64,000 bases of DNA from an uncultured Candidatus Saccharibacteria bacterium (lineage in GTDB: Bacteria; Patescibacteriota; Saccharimonadia; Saccharimonadales; AWTP1-31), in contig CAZXTE010000001.1 of NCBI GenBank assembly GCA_964643545.1, positions 19,101 to 83,100 of the forward strand, read 5' to 3'. The notes under the pieces were generated by a model. The model made no database searches and had not been told where the DNA came from. It saw only the letters and a program-made list of their open reading frames with translations. The position numbers were made by a program, and so were the translations under genes. This document shows positions 49,501-56,231 of the stretch, piece after piece; position 1 is the stretch's first letter, and each line of letters starts with the position of its first letter.

Positions 49501-49844
49501 CCATTAACAAATGTGGCAATACGGGGCGCAGCTACTGTAGAAAACTCAGCCGAGGCAGTCTTATAGGTATAGTCACCATTATCCGGGATAGATTCTGCTT
49601 TGTTATCGGCGCGAATGTAAGGCAAGTCTCGATCCGTGCGGGTTGTAAAGACATCCTTTCCCGGAACACGATTATAATTTGAGTTCACATCGTCATCATA
49701 AGGACTGGTAGCGTATGCTATTTGTGGCGTGAAAATAATAACGCCAGCAAGAAGCTGCAGGATGATAAATGATATAAAAGCAAATGGAATAAGCTTGCGG
49801 TTAGATCTCACAACTGAAGTATAGATTAACGGAATTAAATACAC
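46548..49844 (-). CDS. large polytopic membrane protein, VirB6/TrbL-like channel subunit with N-terminal extracellular and C-terminal cytoplasmic domains
   Basis: 1098 aa. Signal anchor, then a ~380-aa external domain, then about 8-9 TM helices (residues ~400-690), then a ~400-aa hydrophilic tail. It is the first gene of the operon containing virB4. Confidence 0.55.
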   Translation of the reverse strand: MYLIPLIYTSVVRSNRKLIPFAFISFIILQLLAGVIIFTPQIAYATSPYDDDVNSNYNRVPGKDVFTTRTDRDLPYIRADNKAESIPDNGDYTYKTASAEFSTVAAPRIATFVNGDARLTMDLCFPGTFTYQKGNPKDQDHLWDIRNGGDASTKRFYADQAEKLYSKLKSSGVWEEHQKFADKSYRDKTCTSRIDISPLNQRKVSVHFKIKAGDKDYIQASAQADKLAFLKKSGNFRFRLIKLPGNNNSGAASVIKDKDGKEITIALTINQDFEVDQDDVTWSSAAITADNYAVQMVGSSLVYNLDTNSNSQQCGGDKNKKCFHILEDDGFTPDLSKLMKDLDGDYQKQIEDSKGNQGDNSGGSNPSGGGNTDGTSDDTNATCEASGFSLNWILCPVFNMFAETTDWLFKNLVSPLLYTSPVSTDPSDPSFKAWSAFRVYGNIFLIIAMLVIVFGQTIGGGIIDAYTAKKVMPRILIAAILINLSVYIVALLVDITNVLGKGIAQLMMAPVADLLHAAPSPGAQLGAVLTTVLALFLGAAGIAGFLGGFLTAGFLGKAAVFILIGIVVPAMLAILAVFATLVIRRGIILALIMVSPVAFALYCLPNTEQYFKKWWNLLFETLLVFPIVVVIFSTASILSATILVANDAVGTSGSPNPVSAGLAGLIAFSLQIIPLFLIPFAFKFAGGAMGKLYAAVAGGTAKVGGLTKSRKEQAKQDVQRRMLTARDRQYRALGTYASRGGRFGRSARFLQGRVGGYNLEEGITAMRGETQKRMEQLTSTGDDTEVRALTVNKAEADAIAGNLYDPDGNGHVRIHNNTRQYKTLGGKWVDESAVDAAHNRWRGDQDAAQYALSYEMRKATTQEQHDYLYQNVGRLATRGGAAENATTGQMGGIWTGAAFANQNTDREWKHYQYGENGLTMNATALMQEIDERQGTYQMTQQHPDTWTTMSEEVVRARTTLANPAATADEQAAANEVIQRGARIARSIGQTVPEMTASGTPTGRMITQVGGGASGRTKEEMENFYALFETSSRIDPATGHAATDPVEWSREVGTTGRADPIAGTPTRSTVPGGPAGRSGTPLPGEDIPIDVGNDPTKRQ

Positions 49845-49931
49845 AAAACTAACTACAGTCGTTAAGGTGATTGCGCAAAATAATGACTTTTATGGTTAAA
49901 TAAAGAGTACTAACGCAACACGTAATAAAAA

Positions 49932-50450
49932 ATGAACGAAAACAATAATCAAACACCAGCAGAAACCGTAGACTACAGTTTCATAACGGATCAACCCACG
50001 GCATCTCCAAAAAAGAAACCTAATAAAATGATCGCCATATTTCTCGGGTTGACGTTGCTCGTTATTTTGGCGGCGGGCTTACTGTTGTTAGTACAGTCCA
50101 AAAAAAGCACAACCAAAAGTAACATCGACGCAGAACAGGTCGTCCGACAACTTTTTGTAGATATGGGGAACGGGGATAATATCGCCGCCCTAAACGCATT
50201 TACGGGGCCAAATAAGCCGGATGCTGCGTACCTTGAGGGCTACTTAATAGCTCCGCTGAAGAATGATTACTTGGTAGATTCATGCACATTTACCTCTTCA
50301 GAAACAAAAGTAGCTAGCTATTACCAGGTCAAGGCATCTTGCCCACAAAAGCAAGCAAGTAACATCAGAATTCGTGTAGACTTTACAGTTATGAGACAAG
50401 AGCTATCATCGAAAATTGTTGCATACTCTCTTGGCGGGGTAGATACGTGA
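49932..50450 (+). CDS. bitopic membrane protein, divergent from the T4SS operon
   Basis: 172 aa with a TM at residues ~33-54. It overlaps the next gene by 4 nt. Confidence 0.5.
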   Translation: MNENNNQTPAETVDYSFITDQPTASPKKKPNKMIAIFLGLTLLVILAAGLLLLVQSKKSTTKSNIDAEQVVRQLFVDMGNGDNIAALNAFTGPNKPDAAYLEGYLIAPLKNDYLVDSCTFTSSETKVASYYQVKASCPQKQASNIRIRVDFTVMRQELSSKIVAYSLGGVDT

Positions 50451-51433
50451 AATTGGTAAAGCGGGTTCACACCGCCGGATTAGTTATCCTATCTGTCGCT
50501 GGTCTACTTAGTGCAACATTATTCGTACATCCAAAATCGGTCCAAGCAGCCGCGCCAATATGCTATGAGCTACTCGGCAGCTCTGGTAATGATGTCCGAG
50601 TGGCTGACTGTAATAATCCCACAGTAGTTACTTTAAGAGACCAAAAGTACCCTGCTGACAAAAAATTTCTTGACGATCACTGTTACCTATATGGTGGATT
50701 TGGATTTTTCATAAAACGAGGTTTAACAGAAGTGCCGCCTGCGAGCGATGCAAATAAGAAATACACCTGTGAGTGGGCAAGAAAAGCGGCGGCTGCAGGT
50801 CAGGCAGCCGCTCCAAAATGTTACTTATTCTCTCGTGCGACGTTGGACGATTACTTTTCATTTAAATTTGCCGCTACAGATATCAAGGAAACTGCGTGCA
50901 CGCAAGAATTAAAGAATTACTACAGGTTTGTTCACAATCCTAAAGAAATAGAAAGCGGGTGGTGCTACCTATTCAGCCAAGATCATAACAACATCCAGAC
51001 ATCATGTGCAGACCTTCTTTCCAATATTGCAACTGCAGATAGTAGCGGAGGCGGGGGCGGCGGCACCTCCAGTTGCGCAAGCGATCCAACGCTTTCTTTC
51101 TGTGTGGACCTGCCGGTTAAGACCAATGATACGTGCGGCGAAGCTGGTAGCGGTACGGAAGTCCAGATATCGATCAATGTGGGATGTGTGGGCAAAGGTA
51201 ATGGCATTCTTGATCTGACCTTTGCGCTCATTCGATTTCTCTCTTATGGTGTGGGCATTGCCATGGTGGCCTCTTTAGTTGTTGCTGGCATACAGTACAG
51301 CTCCTCTAGAGGTGATCCACAGGCTACCAGCAAGGCAATAGGTCGTGCGCAGAGCACTGTTGGGGCGTTACTTCTGTTCTTGTTTATATATGCTATATTG
51401 AACTGGATAATACCCGCAGGACTCTTGAAATGA
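50447..51433 (+). CDS. Cys-rich secreted protein with C-terminal VirB2/TrbC-pilin-like helix-loop-helix
   Basis: 328 aa with a signal peptide and at least 12 Cys, followed by a Gly-rich linker SSGGGGGGTSSC. The C-terminus has two hydrophobic helices flanking SSSRGDPQATSK. This is the same module as in the five downstream paralogs. Confidence 0.55.
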   Translation: MKLVKRVHTAGLVILSVAGLLSATLFVHPKSVQAAAPICYELLGSSGNDVRVADCNNPTVVTLRDQKYPADKKFLDDHCYLYGGFGFFIKRGLTEVPPASDANKKYTCEWARKAAAAGQAAAPKCYLFSRATLDDYFSFKFAATDIKETACTQELKNYYRFVHNPKEIESGWCYLFSQDHNNIQTSCADLLSNIATADSSGGGGGGTSSCASDPTLSFCVDLPVKTNDTCGEAGSGTEVQISINVGCVGKGNGILDLTFALIRFLSYGVGIAMVASLVVAGIQYSSSRGDPQATSKAIGRAQSTVGALLLFLFIYAILNWIIPAGLLK

Positions 51434-51819
51434 CACTCCCCCTAACCTATTTTGCAGCAGCTTGTGAAGCTGGGAAAGACACCGCCGGGCAGGTGTTAAA
51501 CTTCTTTGCATTTCCTACGTGGTACAAATATCTTGAAGGGCAGACTATCACAAGTAACGGTGCCGCAGAATGTGCCCCTAAAATCACTAAGATTGGTGAT
51601 GCCTGGTTGGTGTTGGCGGCTGTTATAGAAATAATGCTACGAGTCGGTGCACTCATTGCGATAGCATTTGTTATCTATGGGGGCATATCGTTTATTACCA
51701 GCGAAGGACAGCCAGATAAAGCATCAAAAGCCAGGAGCACAGTAATAAATGCAGTTATTGGGCTGGCACTTTCGATTTCGGCATCGGCGGTAATCTCTTT
51801 CATAGCAAGGAGCTTTTAA
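51430..51819 (+). CDS. VirB2/TrbC-pilin-like small membrane protein (paralog 2 of 6)
   Basis: 129 aa. The helix-loop-helix has the loop ITSEGQPDKASKARS. It overlaps the upstream gene by 4 nt. Confidence 0.55.
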   Translation: MTLPLTYFAAACEAGKDTAGQVLNFFAFPTWYKYLEGQTITSNGAAECAPKITKIGDAWLVLAAVIEIMLRVGALIAIAFVIYGGISFITSEGQPDKASKARSTVINAVIGLALSISASAVISFIARSF

Positions 51820-52140
51820 GTGACATTCAACGTATTTGCACAAACACAGCCCCCACCTACTTCACAGGTTGGTGTTTGTACTACAGATTTGTGCAACACA
51901 AATCTGCCCGCAGTGAGTGCAGGAAGCACGCAAGTGACTACGGTTTTGCAGATCTTGTTTGGAGTGGTAGCAGTGCTGGCGCTTATTTATGTCATTTTGG
52001 CAGGTTTGAAGCTCATCACTTCCAGCGGTGATCCTCAGTCAGTAGCAAAAGGACGACAACAGATACTCTTTGCAGTTATTGGCCTGACAGTTGCACTCAG
52101 CGCCGAACTAATCATTTCATTTGTAATCAACAGGCTATAA
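51820..52140 (+). CDS. VirB2/TrbC-pilin-like small membrane protein (paralog 3 of 6)
   Basis: 106 aa with a CTTDLC Cys pair and the loop ITSSGDPQSVAKGRQQ between two hydrophobic helices. Confidence 0.55.
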   Translation: MTFNVFAQTQPPPTSQVGVCTTDLCNTNLPAVSAGSTQVTTVLQILFGVVAVLALIYVILAGLKLITSSGDPQSVAKGRQQILFAVIGLTVALSAELIISFVINRL

Positions 52141-52142
52141 TC

Positions 52143-52550
52143 ATGAGAAAATTAACACTAGTTATGGCAACCGTACTAGGCAGCATGCTTTTTGCGCTGC
52201 CGAATACAGTATTTGCGGTAGATGTTTTTGGGGGGTCGGACGGTGCTTGTACACAAGCAAATACCACGGGCGAAGTTCCGGAAATATGTAAGGACACCGT
52301 GAACGCAACGGGCGAGAACCCTATAGTAGGGCCGAGTGGTATTGTCACCAAGGGTTTACAAGTACTCGTCATTGTAATCGGCATCATTGCGGTTGTGATG
52401 TTAGTAATCTCTGGGCTACGACTTATTATGTCGGGCGGTGATCCAAAAAATGCGGCCAGCGCACGAGATGGCATACTGTACGCCGGTATTGGTATAGTAG
52501 TAGTAGTGACTGCACAACTGCTGATCAACTTTGTATTAACAAAACTGTAA
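52143..52550 (+). CDS. VirB2/TrbC-pilin-like secreted protein (paralog 4 of 6)
   Basis: 135 aa with a signal peptide and a Cys pair (CTQANTTGEVPEIC). The loop is IMSGGDPKNAASARD. Confidence 0.6.
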   Translation: MRKLTLVMATVLGSMLFALPNTVFAVDVFGGSDGACTQANTTGEVPEICKDTVNATGENPIVGPSGIVTKGLQVLVIVIGIIAVVMLVISGLRLIMSGGDPKNAASARDGILYAGIGIVVVVTAQLLINFVLTKL

Positions 52551-52558
52551 AGGAAAAA

Positions 52559-52969
52559 ATGAAAAAAATTGCCCGTTTCAGGAAAAACTTGGTAGTAGCA
52601 CTGGCGTCTGTGTTCTTCTTAGTACCGCTCTCGCCTGTTCTGGTGCATGCAGGACCATTCGACAGCGCCAAAGACGCAGCATGTAAGGGTTTAAATTTTG
52701 ACGACCCTACGGCCACGTGTGCTGCAGGCTCTAAGGACGCAGAAACAAATGCCAAGCTAAAGACGGCCGTGAATCTTTTGTCGGCTATTGTGGGTGTAAT
52801 TGCAGTAGTTATGATTATCATTGCAGGCATGAATTTTATAACTGCAGGAGGAGATTCGGGCAAAGTTTCAACTGCCAGGAATATGATTCTGTACGCTGCA
52901 ATTGGTATTGTAGTTGTAGCCCTCGCACAACTGATCGTCCGCTTTGTCTTGCAACGATTCGGGAAGTAG
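52559..52969 (+). CDS. VirB2/TrbC-pilin-like secreted protein (paralog 5 of 6)
   Basis: 136 aa with a signal peptide and a Cys pair (CKGLNFDDPTATC). The loop is ITAGGDSGKVSTARN. Its C-terminal 20 aa are near-identical to the next paralog. Confidence 0.6.
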   Translation: MKKIARFRKNLVVALASVFFLVPLSPVLVHAGPFDSAKDAACKGLNFDDPTATCAAGSKDAETNAKLKTAVNLLSAIVGVIAVVMIIIAGMNFITAGGDSGKVSTARNMILYAAIGIVVVALAQLIVRFVLQRFGK

Positions 52970-53031
52970 CTGTTGTAACTTCCCTCAAAGTTGTGATATA
53001 AACATAAGTAGCAATATAGAAAGGTAAAAGA

Positions 53032-53460
53032 ATGATTAAAAAATTAAAACGTTTAGTAGTTGGCTTCACCGCTTCGGCTGCACTGTTAATGCCTTTGGCT
53101 ATACCTGTGGCTGTTCACGCGCAAACGACTGAAGACATTGGAAAGAACTTTTGTCAGGGGGCAGACATAACACTCGGTACTGGTACGGGTAGCTCTGCAA
53201 CCTGTGATACCAAAGATGCAGAAAGCAAAGTGAATACTACCGTAAAGAACTCGCTCAATCTTTTTTCGGCAATAGTTGGTATTTTGTCTGTAGTCATGAT
53301 CATTATTGGTGGTGTTAAGTACATCACCTCTGGTGGTGAATCTGGCAAGGTTACCTCAGCCAAAGACAGCATTTTGTTTGCGGTCGTCGGATTGATTGTC
53401 GTGGCTCTTGCACAACTGATCGTCCGCTTCGTCTTGCAACGATTCGGTAACCCCACCTAA
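53032..53460 (+). CDS. VirB2/TrbC-pilin-like secreted protein (paralog 6 of 6)
   Basis: 142 aa with a signal peptide and a Cys pair (CQGADITLGTGTGSSATC). The loop is ITSGGESGKVTSAKD, and the tail ALAQLIVRFVLQRFG is shared with paralog 5. Confidence 0.6.
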   Translation: MIKKLKRLVVGFTASAALLMPLAIPVAVHAQTTEDIGKNFCQGADITLGTGTGSSATCDTKDAESKVNTTVKNSLNLFSAIVGILSVVMIIIGGVKYITSGGESGKVTSAKDSILFAVVGLIVVALAQLIVRFVLQRFGNPT

Positions 53461-53481
53461 GAAAGTTAGACGTATTAAAAA

Positions 53482-53509
53482 AGCTCCGGGTAACCGGAGC
53501 TTTTTATTT
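53482..53509. terminator. bidirectional rho-independent terminator
   Basis: The stem is AGCTCCGG/CCGGAGCT with a GTAA loop, and it is flanked by an A-run and a T-run (AAAAAAGCTCCGGGTAACCGGAGCTTTTTATTT). It lies between the convergent pilin array and hsp20. Confidence 0.8.
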
Positions 53510-53521
53510 GGTCGAGGTATT

Positions 53522-54004
53522 CTAAAGAACCTGGATCTTCTTGACGGTGTCTTGCTTGAGCTTAGTAAAGCTAATGGTTAGAACGCCATCTTTCAAGACT
53601 GCTTCGATCTCTTCTTCTTTAACGGGAACAGGTAATGTGATGCTGCGAGAGAATTCTCCCCAGTAGCATTCTTGAACAAAATAGTTCTCTACGTCATCTT
53701 CGTTGCCGGCAGATAGCGTGCCACGAATGCTAAGCGTGTTGTCGGCAATGCTCACATCGAGTTCTTGCTTGTTGACTCCCGCGGTACGTGCCTTTACGAC
53801 TAGTTTTTCCTTGGTCTCGTATACATCAACTGCTAATTGGCCAGGAACTGCTTCTTCCTCGTCCCATTCTTCTGCGGCCACAACTGCTGTGTTTGCGGCG
53901 ACAGGCGCAGTAGTCGCTGTTTCTGGAGCATCGTCTTCACCCAAAAAGGCAGCCGTCAGCTCATCTTCCATCAATAAATCTTCATCACGATTACGTCGTG
54001 CCAT
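53522..54004 (-). CDS. Hsp20/alpha-crystallin family small heat shock protein
   Basis: 160 aa. The alpha-crystallin domain shows the LSIRGTL...GVLTISF beta-sandwich signature, and the N-terminal arm is acidic. Confidence 0.8.
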   Translation of the reverse strand: MARRNRDEDLLMEDELTAAFLGEDDAPETATTAPVAANTAVVAAEEWDEEEAVPGQLAVDVYETKEKLVVKARTAGVNKQELDVSIADNTLSIRGTLSAGNEDDVENYFVQECYWGEFSRSITLPVPVKEEEIEAVLKDGVLTISFTKLKQDTVKKIQVL

Positions 54005-54123
54005 GTATGTTACCCTCCACTTGCAATAGTTTTTTGTGGTATTTTTATCTTACTTAGCAGTATAACCTAGGTAAAACCACCCAGCAACCTAAGACGGTAT
54101 ATTTACAACACAATAATAACAAC

Positions 54124-54792
54124 ATGCCAGTACTAGAGATAATTTTATCGGTCGTTGCTCCGCACACCTGTGTGGGTTGCGGTGTCGAGGGCTCACTTCT
54201 CTGCTGCGGGTGTAGCGTCGAGATTACTCCTGTGCCCTCGCGTTGCTACCACTGTAGAAAGCGAACAGAGTCTTTTAGAACGTGCCAAAGTTGCAGAGGC
54301 TCGAGCAAGCTGCGTCGAGTCTTCGTGCGGGCACAATACTGCGACGTTCCTAAGGAGCTGGTGCATAAGCTGAAGTTTGAACGTGCTCGAGCTGCTGCTG
54401 CAACGCTAGCAAGTTTGATGAGCGAGAAGTGGGGTGATGTTTCGACAGATACGCTGATCGTTCATGTGCCGACGGCAACATCGAGAAGGCGCCAGCGGGG
54501 TTATGACCAAGCTGAACTCCTTGCAAAGGAGCTGAAGAGATTAACTGGTGCTAAGCGAGCATCGTTGCTTTGTCGTCTTGGGCAGCAACGCCAAGTTGGT
54601 CATACTAGAAAACAACGCCTTGAACAGCTGAGTAATGCTTTCTATATATTAAACCCAAAAGAAGTAATAGGGAGAGATGTTCTTCTTGTTGACGATGTGT
54701 TGACGACAGGCGCTACCCTGGAGGCAGCCGCAAATGTGCTTCGCAGAGCGGGTGCACGACACGTTGATGCAATAGTTTTTGCACAGGCATAA
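54124..54792 (+). CDS. comFC: ComF family protein (ComFC: zinc-ribbon + phosphoribosyltransferase domain)
   Basis: There is an N-terminal double CxxC zinc ribbon (CVGCG...C..C, then C..C), and a C-terminal PRTase motif VLLVDDVLTTGATL. Confidence 0.75.
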   Translation: MPVLEIILSVVAPHTCVGCGVEGSLLCCGCSVEITPVPSRCYHCRKRTESFRTCQSCRGSSKLRRVFVRAQYCDVPKELVHKLKFERARAAAATLASLMSEKWGDVSTDTLIVHVPTATSRRRQRGYDQAELLAKELKRLTGAKRASLLCRLGQQRQVGHTRKQRLEQLSNAFYILNPKEVIGRDVLLVDDVLTTGATLEAAANVLRRAGARHVDAIVFAQA

Positions 54793-54829
54793 AAAAAGAG
54801 CCTACAATTTTGGCTCAGTACTCTTCTCA

Positions 54830-54919
<90 letters not shown>

Positions 54920-54940
54920 AGACTAGCTTTTCGTGTTACG

Positions 54941-55033
54941 TGGCGGAGGAGGAGGGATTCGAACCCTCGCGGGAGATTGCTCCCCCCTAACGATTTAGCA
55001 AACCGTCCCCTTCAGCCTCTTGGGTACTCCTCC
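54941..55033 (-). tRNA. tRNA-Ser (anticodon GCU)
   Basis: The reverse complement gives acceptor GGAGGAG/CTCCTCC and anticodon loop UUGCUAA, with a long variable arm. The T-loop is GGTTCGAATCC and the CCA is encoded. Confidence 0.85.
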
Positions 55034-55118
55034 GTAACAGGTTGCAATTATAGCAACTTCCCTGTTATTCATAAAGAACAGTTTTAGTAATTTGTTGTAA
55101 ATACGGTACAATACGCTT

Positions 55119-55691
55119 ATGCAAGAGGGTCAACAAAGTCAGACGGTGGCGCCTGTGCCGCAACAAACTGCACCGCAGTCGAGCTGGCAATTCACGAATA
55201 ACGAGCCGGCCCTACCTCAAACTTCAAAAGACATAAACCCCATACAATGGTCTGCCTCTGAGTTTATACGTCACGATAAAGGGATTGGCTGGTATCTTGC
55301 ACTTATGGGTGCTTCTTTGCTCGTAGCAGCGGGCATCTACTTAATAACACGCGACAAAATAACTGCCGCAACCATTATTGTTGCTACGATTCTACTAGGT
55401 GTTGTCGCTGCGCGAAAACCCCGAGAATTACAGTATGGAGTGGATGAGCACGGCGTACAGATTGGCAAGAAGCTTTACCCGTACACGAGCTTTAAGTCGT
55501 TTTCTATTATGCAAGAGGGTGGGATTGAATCTATTTGGTTTATGCCCATGCAACGATTTATGCCCGGGCTTAGTATCTACTTTGCGCCCGAAGATGGGCC
55601 GAAGATTGTTGATGCACTTTCACAGTTCTTGCCTGCCGAGACTCGCTCGCTTGATCCTGTTGACAAATTCATGCATCGCATCCGCTTCTAG
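55119..55691 (+). CDS. hypothetical membrane protein (2 TM)
   Basis: 190 aa with a Gln-rich N-terminus and two TM helices (WYLALMGASLLVAAGIYLI / AATIIVATILLGVVAA). Confidence 0.5.
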   Translation: MQEGQQSQTVAPVPQQTAPQSSWQFTNNEPALPQTSKDINPIQWSASEFIRHDKGIGWYLALMGASLLVAAGIYLITRDKITAATIIVATILLGVVAARKPRELQYGVDEHGVQIGKKLYPYTSFKSFSIMQEGGIESIWFMPMQRFMPGLSIYFAPEDGPKIVDALSQFLPAETRSLDPVDKFMHRIRF

Positions 55692-55740
55692 CTAGCAATA
55701 ACAGATACGCTGTGCTAGAATTACCCCTGTTCATCATTGA

Positions 55741-55817
55741 GCACCCGTAGCTCAGCTGGATAGAGCGTTGGCTTGCGGAGCCAAAGGTCGTAGGTTCGAA
55801 TCCTGTCGGGTGTACCA
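55741..55817 (+). tRNA. tRNA-Arg (anticodon read as GCG)
   Basis: The backbone closely resembles bacterial tRNA-Arg (GCACCCGTAGCTCAGCTGGATAGAGC...GGTTCGAATCC...CCA). The anticodon loop is UUGCGGA. The anticodon call is less certain than the gene call. Confidence 0.75.
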
Positions 55818-55826
55818 ATGAAAGGG

Positions 55827-55848
55827 CCGGTCGAAAGACCGGTTTTTT
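55827..55848 (+). terminator. rho-independent terminator after tRNA-Arg
   Basis: The stem is CCGGTC/GACCGG with a GAAA loop, followed by TTTTTT. Confidence 0.7.
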
Positions 55849-55899
55849 CATTTGTTATGTCTGTGAGCTCGGACCTACGACCCGAGCTTTGCTCGGCAG

Positions 55900-55923
55900 T
55901 CTTCGAATCCTGTCGGGTATACT
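55900..55923 (+). repeat. partial direct copy of the tRNA-Arg 3' end (att-like)
   Basis: CTTCGAATCCTGTCGGGT is an 18-nt exact match to tRNA positions 55797-55814, located 85 bp downstream of the tRNA. Confidence 0.6.
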
Positions 55924-56231
55924 GCTTGGCGTTCAGCTTGAATGCACAAGGCGCAGCATCTGTCTGCTTGTGGCAAGAACGGGGTTTGGCGGCCGCAGTT
56001 GGTAGACTGGAGCAAAGTACTCATCGTGTAACCGAGCAGCTTTGGCTGGTGGTGCATCTGGGTGTGGCACGCGCGGCTCAAAATCTCCCGCCAAACCATC
56101 ATCACCAAATAGCTCTTCTACGGTTGATATGCCCCCAAGGAACTCTGCAAACTGTTGTATGCGATGTTCGTTTGGTTTTGGTGCTTCTGGGTTATCTATT
56201 TGTTCCATGGCTGTAGTCTAGATTCGTTTGT

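Noticed and set aside
54005-54123. Possible CIRCE/HAIR heat-shock operator upstream of hsp20
   Set aside because: TTAGCAGTATAACCTAGG does not match the CIRCE inverted repeat TTAGCACTC-N9-GAGTGCTAA. No convincing operator could be identified by eye.
55818-56216. ORFs 55818-56216(+), 55875-56108(-) and 55933-56208(-) downstream of tRNA-Arg
   Set aside because: They are mutually overlapping, with no RBS, and lie in a region containing terminator hairpins and the att-like repeat. The acidic 91-aa minus-strand ORF (55933-56208) is the only marginal candidate, and there is not enough evidence to call it.
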